Below the pieces are notes generated by a model. That model had not been told where the DNA came from, did no database searches, and worked only from the letters and a program-made list of their open reading frames with translations. A program made the position numbers and the translations under genes. From assembly GCA_963706575.1 (NCBI GenBank), contig CAVPNL010000012.1, positions 1-64,000 of the forward strand: a stretch of DNA of 64,000 bases. Direction: 5' to 3'. Of this stretch, positions 9,073-19,281 are shown piece after piece. Within the stretch, counting starts at the first letter, position 1; every line of letters begins with the position of its first letter. This DNA is from an uncultured delta proteobacterium (GTDB lineage Bacteria > Desulfobacterota > Desulfobacteria > Desulfobacterales > JAHEIW01).

Positions 9073-10350
9073 CTAATTTTTTTGAGAGAGAATGGCTGCA
9101 AAACGTGCTAGCGGTTGTTTGAACTTGACCTTTGGATCATAAGCCGCCTCAGGATAAAAAAATCGTGTGGACATATGCTGTATGCTCCGGGCGGCCTTTA
9201 CGCGTGGAGCTGCGAGAAGCAGGGGTCTTTTTTTCACTTCGGCCGCACGCAGTGCGGCCCTTTCATAGGGGATGGCCCCCAAATATTCAACTTTGATGCG
9301 AAATTTGCCTTCGCGAGAATTGATTTTTTCATTAGCTGCTCTTGTGAGTTTATCAAAAAGTTTGAATCCCTGGCGAAGATTACTTACCTGATTGATCACC
9401 ATCATCGGCGAAAAGATCCACTGCGGTTCATAATTGGAGACTTTTTCTGCCAATCTTTCTTCGATCTCTTTAAAGCGGGAAAATCCGGCTTTTGTGCAGG
9501 CATAGCCGCTGATGAAGTCCTGGGGCGTGGTCACAATAATGGTGTGATCAGCGGCCAGGGCAAAATCCATCACCATACGGGATATGCCGGCTCCCAGGTC
9601 GAAGATGGCGAATTCGTATCGTTGACTTATTTTTCTAAAATGGTTGATAAATTTTACCTTCTGGGCATAGTACAGGTTCGCCAGTTTAAATTCACCATAG
9701 GAACTGGCGATAAGATCAAAACCATACTTTGTGCGGAAAAGAAGCTCATCCATCTTTCTTCTATTTTCCAGGAAATCCATCAGGTGGCTTTTTGGAAATA
9801 TTCCCAGCTTGTTTGAGACATCCGCATTGCCCAGATCAGCATCGATGAGCAGAACCCTGGCACCTTTTTTAGCCAGACAGTAAGCCGTATTGATGGAAAG
9901 ATGGGTTTTACCGACACCCCCTTTGTTTGAGATCACAGAGATAGTGCATGGCCCGCTTGTGTCTCCTTTGGTGGTCCTGGCGATTGCCTTTTTAGTTGTC
10001 TTAGGCTGACGGTTTTTGGCACCGGGCTCTCCAGCGTATCCGTTTCCATAATACTTTTTCAGGGCGATAGAGAGCGCATTTTTCGGGGCAACTGCAGGAC
10101 GAACCTTGAACCCGGTGAGCAATTCCAGACTTTTGATTGCGACCGGCTCTTCCGGTTTCAACATTGCCACCAACAGAAAATTATCAACCACGCGGATGGG
10201 CAAGGCCTGGCGCCTTATGGCCATTTCCGGTGCAAGCAGGCTAAGCGCAGACGGCTCGATGGCTGCCCGAAGCGGATCGACAAATGGGACCCTCAATATT
10301 TGGGCCTTTTTCTGCGCTATTATCGTATCGTTCTCTGATTGCTCAGGCAT
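9073..10350 (-). CDS. T2SSE_N/MshEN-like domain fused to MinD/FlhG-family ATPase
   Basis: N-terminal PFVD...ALPI...LLVAM..P......LELLTG...KYYG; deviant Walker A KGGVGKT; DADLG; DLGAG. Confidence 0.85.
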   Translation of the reverse strand: MPEQSENDTIIAQKKAQILRVPFVDPLRAAIEPSALSLLAPEMAIRRQALPIRVVDNFLLVAMLKPEEPVAIKSLELLTGFKVRPAVAPKNALSIALKKYYGNGYAGEPGAKNRQPKTTKKAIARTTKGDTSGPCTISVISNKGGVGKTHLSINTAYCLAKKGARVLLIDADLGNADVSNKLGIFPKSHLMDFLENRRKMDELLFRTKYGFDLIASSYGEFKLANLYYAQKVKFINHFRKISQRYEFAIFDLGAGISRMVMDFALAADHTIIVTTPQDFISGYACTKAGFSRFKEIEERLAEKVSNYEPQWIFSPMMVINQVSNLRQGFKLFDKLTRAANEKINSREGKFRIKVEYLGAIPYERAALRAAEVKKRPLLLAAPRVKAARSIQHMSTRFFYPEAAYDPKVKFKQPLARFAAILSQKN

Positions 10351-10592
10351 TGAATAAACTTTTATAGTAAATAGCTGAATTTGTAATATTTATTATACTT
10401 TAGATCTTTTTGGAAGTAAACACTTAGAGATAGGTGAACTTTATAATATTCAGGTTCTTAGATTCTATTAAAAAGGGGTTTAAGGTTCACGGTTTAAGGT
10501 GTATGGTAAACAATTAAAAATTTGATATGGATCGTCAGTGCGGCTGTAAGGAAAGAAAGAAAGGCGAATGAATTTAATTGGAGATAAATTTG

Positions 10593-11282
10593 ATGCCATG
10601 CAGAAAGCAAATGGGATCTTTAAGAAAGATTAGCGCACCCTTTTTTTTGATGGCCTTATTCTTTTGTTTGAACTTTTCAATCCCCAGCAGCTTTTGTGAA
10701 GAGCTCAAAGAAAACAAGGCGCTTGATGAGAAAGTTAGAATGTTTTTAGAGAACCGTAAAGGCACCTGGCGTGATTTGAATATCCCGTACGCTGACGGTA
10801 AGGTTTTGTATGATCTGATTCTTAACAACAAATATAAAAAAGCAATGGATATTGGGACTTCGACCGGACTTTCGGCGATCTGGATGGCATGGGCGCTGAG
10901 CAAAACGGGGGGCAAACTCATAACTATCGAAATCGATGAAGGCCGGCATAAGAAGGCGCTTGCAAATTTCAAAGAGGCCGGGCTTTCCGAGTATATCAAT
11001 GCCCGCCTTGCTGATGCCCATGAGCTTGTTGAAAAACTAAAGGGCCCCTTCGACTTTGTCTTTTCTGACGCGGATAAAGACTGGTACAAGAATTATTTCA
11101 TCGCGCTTGCACCGAAACTTGAAGTCGGCGGCTGCTTTACGGCGCATAATGTAAGAAACACCGGGATGGCAGGCGTCAGAGAATATATGGATTACGTAAC
11201 AAACCTGCCCAATTTCAAAACTACCATCGACAAAACCAGCAGGGCGGGGATTTCCATCAGCTATAAGATCGCGGAAAAGTGA
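10593..11282 (+). CDS. SAM-dependent O-methyltransferase with N-terminal signal/anchor
   Basis: DIGTSTGLSAIW, FDFVFSDADK and AHNV motifs. Confidence 0.88.
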   Translation: MPCRKQMGSLRKISAPFFLMALFFCLNFSIPSSFCEELKENKALDEKVRMFLENRKGTWRDLNIPYADGKVLYDLILNNKYKKAMDIGTSTGLSAIWMAWALSKTGGKLITIEIDEGRHKKALANFKEAGLSEYINARLADAHELVEKLKGPFDFVFSDADKDWYKNYFIALAPKLEVGGCFTAHNVRNTGMAGVREYMDYVTNLPNFKTTIDKTSRAGISISYKIAEK

Positions 11283-11382
11283 GACGAAAAGGGACGGTCA
11301 AGAAAATATGCCTTTCTTTTCTCTTATTCAGAGGAAACGCATAAATTCATAACCGTCCCTGTTTTTCGATAAGGAAGAGAAT

Positions 11383-12261
11383 ATGTCAACCGTTGCATTC
11401 ATAGCGATCATTGCTTCCGCCCTGTTTCATTCCGGCTATAACCTGCTGATCAAGGTGAGCGATGAGAAGACCCTGTATATGTGGTCTATCTTCTCAGTCG
11501 GGGTCACCGCAGGCTGGGTCGCGGGATGTTTAATGGTACCCGGGTTTCTCGAAATTACACCTTCGGTCCTGCTTTTCGCCGCCCTTTCGGCCGCCTTTTT
11601 CACATCTTACCATCTCTGCGCTGCCAGGGCCTATGCCGCCGACGACGGGGATCTTTCCCTGAGCTATCCCCTCACCACACTCGCACCCATCTTCATCCCC
11701 TTCTGGGCCTACATGCTCCTCGGGGATACTTTTACGATCAAAGTCATCGCAGGCATTCTCATTGCGACGGTGGGCTCCTACTGTATTCAGCTCAGGTCTG
11801 GTCAAGAAAGGGTTCGATTCAGGAGCCTCGGGCTCGGAAGTGAGGCCGTTCGCTTTGCCTTGTTCGCAAGCTTCCTCTACTCCTTCGGCGCAATATCGGA
11901 TAAGATCGGTGTGAACCAATCAGGCTATTATATCTTTTCAGTATGGATGATGACCATGAATTTTCTTTATTTCACCTCCGTGGTCTTAGTCAACAAGCGC
12001 ATCAGGCGCCGTGCGTTCCATTGCTACAGGCATTACCCCCTCCGCGTCCTCCTGGGAGGGACTCTTCTTTTCTTCTCCAACATTTCCTATCGTTTCGGTC
12101 TGGAGGTCACAGATGTCAGCTATGCCGCCGGGGTCCGGCAAAGCGCTACCCTCTTTGCCGTCCTTATGGGTGTCTTTCTGCTCAAAGAGCCCTATGGCCT
12201 TTTCCGTTTCATAGCCGGTTTCATCATCGCACTGGGTATTGTGCTCATTAAAATCGGTTAG
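11383..12261 (+). CDS. EamA/DMT family transporter
   Basis: About 10 TM; DLSLSYPL and LLKEP motifs. Confidence 0.85.
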   Translation: MSTVAFIAIIASALFHSGYNLLIKVSDEKTLYMWSIFSVGVTAGWVAGCLMVPGFLEITPSVLLFAALSAAFFTSYHLCAARAYAADDGDLSLSYPLTTLAPIFIPFWAYMLLGDTFTIKVIAGILIATVGSYCIQLRSGQERVRFRSLGLGSEAVRFALFASFLYSFGAISDKIGVNQSGYYIFSVWMMTMNFLYFTSVVLVNKRIRRRAFHCYRHYPLRVLLGGTLLFFSNISYRFGLEVTDVSYAAGVRQSATLFAVLMGVFLLKEPYGLFRFIAGFIIALGIVLIKIG

Positions 12262-12292
12262 AAGAGGAATTCTGTCCATTTTAATTTCTTGT

Positions 12293-12385
12293 TCACGCAG
12301 AGCCGCTTAGCCGCAAAGAATTTTAGTTTAAATAATAATAAAATTCTTGTCTTTGCGCGCGTGTTTTTTTGCGGCTTTGCGTGAG
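12293..12385. repeat. Imperfect inverted-repeat intergenic element
   Basis: CACGCAGAGCCGC...GCGGCTTTGCGTG; related CACGCAAAGCCGCAAAG near 43878. Confidence 0.55.
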
Positions 12386-12637
12386 GCCCAAGCTTTAGTC
12401 TACTTCAGGCACTTTTAGCCCTTGATGCACACATTAATTTGTTAAAATAAAGACGTGCAATCCCGCGTTAAAGCGGGGAACCTGATCTGAGTTTTTAAAC
12501 CACTTCTAAGTATAACGGCCGTTACAAAAGACTAAAGGGGGGTGGGAGTGGCGCTGGTCATGGCTGACGCGACGGTTTCGGCTTGACCCGGGGTTTATGA
12601 GTGGATTACTATGGCCGCAATAAGGAGAAATACGGCC

Positions 12638-13849
12638 ATGAAGCAACCACTGGAAGGTGTTCGAGTCATAGACTGCGGGATATATCACGCCGGGCCCGGA
12701 GGCCCGGCCATTCTGGGTGACCTGGGGGCTGAAGTCATCAAGATCGAGCGGCCGAAAACCGGCGACCCTGTCAGAACGGTCAAGCGAATCGGAACCGTGC
12801 ATCTCGAACTCCCGGGAGGCCGCAGTATTTTCTTCGAGGGCGCCAACCGCAACAAGAAAAGCATTACCCTTGATTTAAGCACCTCTGAAGGGCAGGCGAT
12901 CATCCATCGCCTGACATCACGGTCGGATGTGTTTATGACCAATATGCGCAGGCCGGCAGTGGAAAGTTTGAACATCACCTATCCCGTACTGAAGGAGATC
13001 AACCCCAGCCTGATTTATGCCTCTGTGTCCGCTTTTGGTCCCAAAGGCCCGGATCGTGACAGAGGCGGATTCGATTATCAAGGGCAGGCCCGGTCCGGGT
13101 TCATGTATTCGTTAGGTGAAGACGGCATGCCGCCGCTGGTCAGCCAGTTCGGGATCATTGACCAGGTCACCGCCATCATGGCCAGCCATCAGATCCTTAC
13201 CGCATTGTACATGAGAGAACGCACCGGGGTCGGTCATGAGGTGCATGTATCCATCCTCGGTTCAGCCACGTTCTTACTCTATTTCAATATCCTGATCGCC
13301 CAGATGGGCGGATTCGAGGTGCCCCGCCACAACCACGCCGTCGCCCATCCCATGAGAAATCATTATCAATGTGCGGACGACCGTTGGCTGATGATGACCC
13401 TGACCCCGCCCGAGCGGCACTGGGGCCCGCTATGCCGGGCGTTGGGTCGCCCGGACCTGGAGAATGACCCTCGATTCGATACCGAAGAAAAGCGGTTCGA
13501 GAAATCGGCCGAGTTGGTGGCCATTTTCGACGACATTTTTATGGAACGCACCCGCCAGGAATGGCTCGACATTTTTTCGGAATACGACCTTTTTTGTTGC
13601 GGCGTCAATTCATTCATGGAGCTCGAGCACGATCCGCAGATCATTGAAAACGGGTACTTGACGGACTTCGATCACCCCACTCTCGGCAAAATCAAGATCC
13701 CGGGATACCCCATTCATTTCAATGGAAACAGCCTCCAGGCCAACAGGGCCGCCCCTGACCTTGGTGAACATACTGATGAAATCCTCACGGAAGTCGGTGA
13801 ATACAGCCGGGCGGAAATCGAACGCTTTCGGGAAGATGGCGTGATTTGA
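12638..13849 (+). CDS. CaiB/BaiF class III CoA-transferase
   Basis: PLEGVRVID, LGDLGAEVIKIE, NRNKKSITLDL, GGFD and APDLGEHT motifs. Confidence 0.95.
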   Translation: MKQPLEGVRVIDCGIYHAGPGGPAILGDLGAEVIKIERPKTGDPVRTVKRIGTVHLELPGGRSIFFEGANRNKKSITLDLSTSEGQAIIHRLTSRSDVFMTNMRRPAVESLNITYPVLKEINPSLIYASVSAFGPKGPDRDRGGFDYQGQARSGFMYSLGEDGMPPLVSQFGIIDQVTAIMASHQILTALYMRERTGVGHEVHVSILGSATFLLYFNILIAQMGGFEVPRHNHAVAHPMRNHYQCADDRWLMMTLTPPERHWGPLCRALGRPDLENDPRFDTEEKRFEKSAELVAIFDDIFMERTRQEWLDIFSEYDLFCCGVNSFMELEHDPQIIENGYLTDFDHPTLGKIKIPGYPIHFNGNSLQANRAAPDLGEHTDEILTEVGEYSRAEIERFREDGVI

Positions 13850-13864
13850 GAGGTAGGGAAAACA

Positions 13865-14323
13865 ATGAACAGATTGATGAATGCTTACCACAGATGTGCA
13901 AAGCTCCCAGCCGGAAAGCGCATCTTTTCAAAGCTTATTTGTCTGAAAGCACCATACTTCAATACAATTAAGCCCCTTTTTAAAGAGCTAAAACCCGGAT
14001 ATTGTGAAGTTACGATGAAAAAACGAAGGGCTGTGCATAATCATATAAAATCTGTTCATGCGATTGCCATGTGCAACTTGAGCGAACTTGCTGCGGGAAC
14101 GATGCTCGAAGCGACATTGCCGCAAAGTATGCGGTGGATACCAAAAAACATGACTGTTGAATATCTGAAGATTGCCAGGACAGATCTTAAAGCCGTATGT
14201 AAAATTTCAACAGAGGATCTTGATAATCCGCAGGAATTGAATATGACCGTGCCTGTTACGGATACAAGCGATGCGGAAGTTTTTCGGGCTGTAATTACGA
14301 TGCATATATCAAGAAGAAAATGA
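13865..14323 (+). CDS. Hotdog-fold thioesterase (DUF4442/PaaI-like)
   Basis: APYFNTI, NHIKSVHAIAMCNLSE and WIPKNMTVEY motifs. Confidence 0.85.
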   Translation: MNRLMNAYHRCAKLPAGKRIFSKLICLKAPYFNTIKPLFKELKPGYCEVTMKKRRAVHNHIKSVHAIAMCNLSELAAGTMLEATLPQSMRWIPKNMTVEYLKIARTDLKAVCKISTEDLDNPQELNMTVPVTDTSDAEVFRAVITMHISRRK

Positions 14324-14469
14324 AAATAACATAAGGTGAAACCGTGATTAAAAACGGCCTAATTGAAAATTTAGATCACTGAAATTAATAAAACGTAAAG
14401 AATAAATTGGGCCCGCCACATAATTTTAGATTTTGTCGTAACGATTAAGCGGCAAGGAAGGAGAAACCG

Positions 14470-15453
14470 ATGTCTGCTGAACGCTTTTTATACCTTACAC
14501 AAAAAGATGTTATTGAAACTGGTTTCGGAGTAGATGAAGTCATCGACACTATAGAACAGGTTTTAATCGAACATGTGGAAAGGCGGGTGGAGATGCCTCC
14601 CAAACCAGGGGTCCATCCACTGCCGGATACTTTTCTGCATGCCATGCCTGCATACGTCCCCAACATGCAATCTCTGGGGATGAAATGGATTTCCTGTTTT
14701 CCCGAAAACTATAAACACGGCTTGCAACAAACACTTGGCATAATTGCATTAAACGATATCGAAACCGGGATTTTATATTCTGTAATGGACTGCGCATGGA
14801 TCACCGCCCAGAGAACCGCGGCTATTACGGCAATCGCTGCTAAACACCTGGCCCGTAAGGAATCGGAAGTGCTTGGGGTGGTCGGGGCGGGAGTCCAATG
14901 TCGCGCGAGCTTAATATTTTTAAGCACTGTTATGCCGAATTTAAAGCGGGTACAGGTTTATGATCTGAATAAGGAAGCAGTCGATAAATTCATCGGGGAT
15001 TTGTCACAATATATTAATGGCGAGATTGTTGCCGCTGACACTGCCCGGAAGGCAGTTGCCGACTGTGATATATATGTGTCTGCTACCAGAGTGCTGAGCG
15101 AACCCCAGCCATTCGTAAAGGACGAATGGTTTAAGAATAAAGGCGTTTTTTATGCGCCCTTGGAAATAGATAGCGCCATTGAATGGGAAACAATTAAACG
15201 AATGGACAAATTCCTCACCGACGACTGGAAACAAACCCAGTATTTCGGAACGATAGGATGCTTCCCAAACGGCCTGCCCGAATTGTATGCAGAATTAGGA
15301 GAAGTCGTAAACGGTGCCAAACCGGGCAGAGAAAACGCCGCGGAAAATAATATGATCATTGCCGTAGGAATGGCGATCGAGGATATAACTCTGGCAAAAA
15401 AAATATATGAACGCGCGTTAGAAAAGGATATTGGTATTAAACTGGACCTGTAA
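14470..15453 (+). CDS. Ornithine cyclodeaminase/mu-crystallin family protein
   Basis: HAMPAY, GMKW, ITAQRTAA, GAGVQ and GMAIED motifs. Confidence 0.92.
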   Translation: MSAERFLYLTQKDVIETGFGVDEVIDTIEQVLIEHVERRVEMPPKPGVHPLPDTFLHAMPAYVPNMQSLGMKWISCFPENYKHGLQQTLGIIALNDIETGILYSVMDCAWITAQRTAAITAIAAKHLARKESEVLGVVGAGVQCRASLIFLSTVMPNLKRVQVYDLNKEAVDKFIGDLSQYINGEIVAADTARKAVADCDIYVSATRVLSEPQPFVKDEWFKNKGVFYAPLEIDSAIEWETIKRMDKFLTDDWKQTQYFGTIGCFPNGLPELYAELGEVVNGAKPGRENAAENNMIIAVGMAIEDITLAKKIYERALEKDIGIKLDL

Positions 15454-15755
15454 GTTTCATCGTAAACATGGGGACGGTGAGGTAAGGCCGAAACAGACAC
15501 CGGACGAGCATCACCGGGCAAACGACTCCAATGGCATCTTTACTAGATTGAGCATAATTCTTCTCCTGTTAAAACAATAAAGCAATAGAAACCGGTAGAC
15601 AAGCGTGGATTCGGATTCTAAAACCTTATAATTGTGTGGTTTGCCGCAATATCTTGTGCCAAATTCCACAATACGCTTTCCTGAACGCGTGATCGCGAAA
15701 ATCAATCTTAAACTAACCATCTGATATTAAATCATTTTATTGAATTTGCCGGCTT

Positions 15756-15771
15756 TGGCCTGGGATTTGCT
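15756..15771 (+). promoter_or_regulatory. Sigma-54 promoter
   Basis: TGGCCT-GGGAT-TTGCT with correct -24/-12 spacing. Confidence 0.65.
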
Positions 15772-15838
15772 AAGAAGTTAGACATCAAAGCGGATTGCAA
15801 TCTTAACAGAGGAACAGGCAGCAATCAGGGAGCTAAAA

Positions 15839-15928
15839 ATGGAATTCAAGATTTTATTGGTCTTCGCTATCGTTGTAGGGATTGCATATGTCGTTTTTAA
15901 AATCGTTGAAAAAAAAAGCGGTCCATGA
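15839..15928 (+). CDS. 29-aa single-TM small protein (not in ORF track)
   Basis: AGGGAG RBS; MEFKILLVFAIVVGIAYVVFKIVEKKSGP. Confidence 0.6.
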   Translation: MEFKILLVFAIVVGIAYVVFKIVEKKSGP

Positions 15929-15973
15929 TCTCAATTGGGATGTCCGATTCAAATTACAAATCAGGAGTAAGAT

Positions 15974-16271
15974 ATGGGATGGTATAAGTTCATGATATCC
16001 AATGAACAAATGGCGCCAGTTGAGACAAAAAGAATTCAAAAAATATTTGACCAGATATGGTGGCCGTTGTCCTGCCCCAAAGGCACAGCAGTTTATGCCT
16101 AGAAAGACCGCAAGTGGCGCCAGTGTACCTTATTACTTAACTTATTACTTAACGCCATCCTGTGAGAAATCCGCAAAAGCGTTGATCGCTTATTATACTG
16201 CAAAAGCATGTGAACAACCGGATAAAGATTCATTAATATTTATAGCCGGAGATTCATCATTCATCAACTGA
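15974..16271 (+). pseudogene. Hypothetical ~98-aa protein with one +1 frameshift near 16100
   Basis: AGGAG RBS; MGWYKF...AVYA joins RKTASG...FIAGDSSFIN if T16100 is removed. Confidence 0.5.
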
Positions 16272-16289
16272 GATGGAAAAAAGGGCGTC

Positions 16290-16340
16290 ATGAACCTCCC
16301 TGCAGCAAGCTGCAGGGTATTAAAAATTGATTAGATCTTT
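16290..16340. repeat. Second copy of the left end of the 8051 element
   Basis: ATGAACCTCCCTGCAGCAAGCTGCAGGGTAT identical to 8051-8081. Confidence 0.75.
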
Positions 16341-16568
16341 AAAAGAAGCCCCTGCCAGACTGAGCCGAAAAATATCCTTCTTCGTTCTATCGAGCTACGC
16401 AGGACAGGCCCTTCTCCTCTAACCGCTGTCGCTTAAATAGTAAAATCATTAGAAATAGGGACGCTGGTGAAATAGTGTGATCAAAATCAAAGCTTGACTC
16501 CAGCTTCAGTTGACAATAGATAGATTTTGCATGCCGTTGCGAATTATAAAAAAGGAGAAAAAATTATT

Positions 16569-17237
16569 ATGAATGCGAAGGCGCAGGCGAATCTAATTGA
16601 AGCGATTGTGGATGCCACCGTCCACTATGATGAATCACGTTGTGCGGCCCTTGCCCGGCAGGCGCTTGAAGAGGGCTTGGACCCCTTTAAAGTGATCCAG
16701 GAAGGCTTCAGCCGCGGAATGCAGATCGTTGGTGATAAATTTTCCACCTTGGAGTACTGCCTTCCTGAAGTCATGATGGCGGCTGACGCCATGAATGCAG
16801 GTACAGAAATACTCAAGCCCCGGTTGATGGAAAGCCATGAAGGTGATTCCCAGGGTATCATCGTTCTGGGCGTGATCCAGGGCGATATTCACGATCTTGG
16901 CAAAAATATTGTCAAAATCATGCTCGAGGCCTCAGGCTTTACGGTCCACGATCTGGGCAATGATGCACCCGTTCGTCAGTTTATCGAAAAAGCCGAAGAG
17001 GTGGGCGCCGATATCATTGCCGCGTCGGCCATCCTGACAACCACAATGACATATATGCCCGACATATCCGCAATGCTGAGTGAACTGGGTTTGCGTGAAA
17101 AATATATGCTGATGCTTGGCGGTGCACCTGTGATCAATGAGTGGGCGATGGAAATCGGTGCTGATGGCTATGGAGAGGACGCGGTTGAGGCCGTTGACGT
17201 GGCCAAACGTCTTATGAAAAAAAAGAGGGGAGGATAA
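16569..17237 (+). CDS. Methyltransferase cognate corrinoid protein (MtmC/MttC-like)
   Basis: B12-binding GDIHDLGKNIV (DxHxxG); SAILTTT; GGAP; N-terminal cap domain. Confidence 0.95.
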   Translation: MNAKAQANLIEAIVDATVHYDESRCAALARQALEEGLDPFKVIQEGFSRGMQIVGDKFSTLEYCLPEVMMAADAMNAGTEILKPRLMESHEGDSQGIIVLGVIQGDIHDLGKNIVKIMLEASGFTVHDLGNDAPVRQFIEKAEEVGADIIAASAILTTTMTYMPDISAMLSELGLREKYMLMLGGAPVINEWAMEIGADGYGEDAVEAVDVAKRLMKKKRGG

Positions 17238-17243
17238 GGAATT

Positions 17244-18623
17244 ATGATCGGATTCTGGGACGTAATCGGACGCAGTGAAAGTGGTCCCCTGGTCAAAGAA
17301 AAGGAATTTGATTTACGTGTGGGCCAGGTTGCCCGTCAAATGGTCGAAAAATATGACATCAAATATGACCCCCAAAACGTCATCCCGGCAGATGATGGCC
17401 TGGCGGACCGAATTTACCAGGCCGGCCTCGATCTATTCCTGGAACTGGGTATCTACTGCCGGGACACCGGCCGATTGATGAAGTTTAGGCGCGAAGAGGT
17501 AGAATGGGCCTTAAAGCATGCCCCCACCGCCGTTACCTATGGTCAGGGTCGCGACACGGCGACGATGACCTATCGGGCCATAGAAGATTCTAAGCCGCCG
17601 TTTTGTATCATGACACCGGTCGGCGCTCCGGTGGCCGAAGAGCGATTTGTTGCTATGGTGCAAAGCTACGCCCAGGAACCGCTGGCGCAGACCTTTTCCA
17701 GTGCGTTTAGTCAGACAGTTCACGGACGCCCCATTAAATCAGGAACCCCTCAGGAGGTGGAGGCTGCAATCTGGAATGTGATCAAGTTGCGCGAGGCCGC
17801 CCGGGCTGCAGGCCGACCCCAGCTCGGTATCCATAATCTGGTTTCCAATGCCGAGAGGACCGATGCCACCATCGCCGCTGTTCAAGCCGATTTTGGAGTG
17901 CAGCCTAATGACGGGCTTTGCATTGCAGCTACGGCAGAGTTGAAAATTGACTATGAGCGGGTCAAGAAAGCCGTTTTTCTGCGACAAAGCGGGCATAATA
18001 AATACGGTCTGCTGGGTCCGTTGGTGGGCGGGTATTCAGGAGGGACGGAAGCCACGGCTCTGGTGCACATCGCACATCATTTTCTGGCGCTGCTGGCCTT
18101 TGAGGCACAATGGCATTGCGGCTTTCCGCTTCACATCCATCACGGCTGCAATACCTCCCGGGAATTGTTATGGCTGGTTAGTCTAACGGCCCAGGCGTTG
18201 AGCCGCAACACCCATCTGTTGATTACGGCCAACACCTTTGCCGCCGCCGGTCCGTGCACCGAGATGGTCGCTTACGAGATTGTGGCCCATGCCCTGGCTG
18301 CGACAGTGGGTGGGGCCGACCTTGATCTGGCCGCCGTGGCCCGCAACCGGCATCCAGAACATGCCACCGGAATGGAAGCCCGCATCGGTGCGGAGGCAGG
18401 TCATTTGACTGCGCGGCAAGGGGTTACGCGGGAACAGGCCAACGAGATTGTCAAACAGATTCTGGCCCAGTATGAGGATCGGCTTGCCGAAGCCCCCATC
18501 GGCAAGCGTCTGGATGAATGCTACAACCTGGAGACCGTTGAGCCTACCCAGGAGTATGTGGAGCTTTACGAAGGGATCAAAGAAAAACTGAGCAAATTCG
18601 GCCTGGACTACTCGCTTCTGTGA
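17244..18623 (+). CDS. mtmB: MtmB-family methyltransferase, non-pyrrolysine
   Basis: GPLVKEKEFD, DDGLADRIYQAG, AGRP, ELKIDY, GGYSGG, AGPCTEM and TGMEAR motifs; no TAG. Confidence 0.9.
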   Translation: MIGFWDVIGRSESGPLVKEKEFDLRVGQVARQMVEKYDIKYDPQNVIPADDGLADRIYQAGLDLFLELGIYCRDTGRLMKFRREEVEWALKHAPTAVTYGQGRDTATMTYRAIEDSKPPFCIMTPVGAPVAEERFVAMVQSYAQEPLAQTFSSAFSQTVHGRPIKSGTPQEVEAAIWNVIKLREAARAAGRPQLGIHNLVSNAERTDATIAAVQADFGVQPNDGLCIAATAELKIDYERVKKAVFLRQSGHNKYGLLGPLVGGYSGGTEATALVHIAHHFLALLAFEAQWHCGFPLHIHHGCNTSRELLWLVSLTAQALSRNTHLLITANTFAAAGPCTEMVAYEIVAHALAATVGGADLDLAAVARNRHPEHATGMEARIGAEAGHLTARQGVTREQANEIVKQILAQYEDRLAEAPIGKRLDECYNLETVEPTQEYVELYEGIKEKLSKFGLDYSLL

Positions 18624-18646
18624 TCGTCACAAAAATATTAGCTGAA

Positions 18647-19246
18647 TTATAGCTCCCACATGATCCCATCGGGGCCGGCATTGATGACGTCTGTTGGACC
18701 TAACCGGGCTATCCGGCCGGCACTGCCGTGAATGTGCCCGCATACGACTAATCTGGGCTTTTTAATACCGATGATTTCACGAACCGCTTCACTGCCCAGG
18801 CTTCTGCCGTCTGAGGACATGTCCAGGACTCCCTTAGGGGGAGAATGGCTGATCAGCACGCTGCCGGTCTGTAAATCCTGCAGCATTTTTTTGGCCTGAT
18901 CTTCGGAAAAATCATAACTCCATGCGCCGAAGGGCGTTATCGGTATGCCTCCGCCGATGCCGTAAAATGTGACATCATCGAGGGTGGTCTGATTGCCGTG
19001 CAGCACATGAGCATTCGGCCACGAGCGGCATGCCCGGACCAGTTCTTCATGGGATTCGGCGTTTCCCGGCACGAGTACCGTGGGTTTGGGTATAGCGGAC
19101 AATGCCGCGATGATCTCATCCAATCCCCGGCGGGCCAAACAATAATCCCCGGCCCCTACCACCACATCCGCCTCCAGGGATAATTCGGCCAGCTTTGCGG
19201 CCCCGGTGAAATCACTATGTATATCACTGAACAACAGAAGTTTCAT
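18647..19246 (-). CDS. Icc-related metallophosphoesterase
   Basis: SDIH, AGD, PGNAE, SHSPP and CGHIH motifs. Confidence 0.9.
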   Translation of the reverse strand: MKLLLFSDIHSDFTGAAKLAELSLEADVVVGAGDYCLARRGLDEIIAALSAIPKPTVLVPGNAESHEELVRACRSWPNAHVLHGNQTTLDDVTFYGIGGGIPITPFGAWSYDFSEDQAKKMLQDLQTGSVLISHSPPKGVLDMSSDGRSLGSEAVREIIGIKKPRLVVCGHIHGSAGRIARLGPTDVINAGPDGIMWEL

Positions 19247-19281
19247 GTTTCAATTCTGGTGAGTGTAAAGCTGCAACGATT

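Noticed and set aside
12462..12510. GAACCTGATC, resembling the TPP riboswitch core
   Set aside because: No upstream CUGAGA and no downstream GCGnAGGGA element
15457..15555. Minus-strand small ORF with RBS and internal UGA (MLNLVKMPLESFAR-U-CSSGVC...)
   Set aside because: No recognisable family or convincing SECIS; the upstream TGGCAC-N6-TTGC is mis-spaced by one base for sigma-54
16100..16102. In-frame TAG near methylamine methyltransferase genes as possible pyrrolysine
   Set aside because: Read-through ends soon after; removing one T gives a full ORF, so a frameshift explains it better
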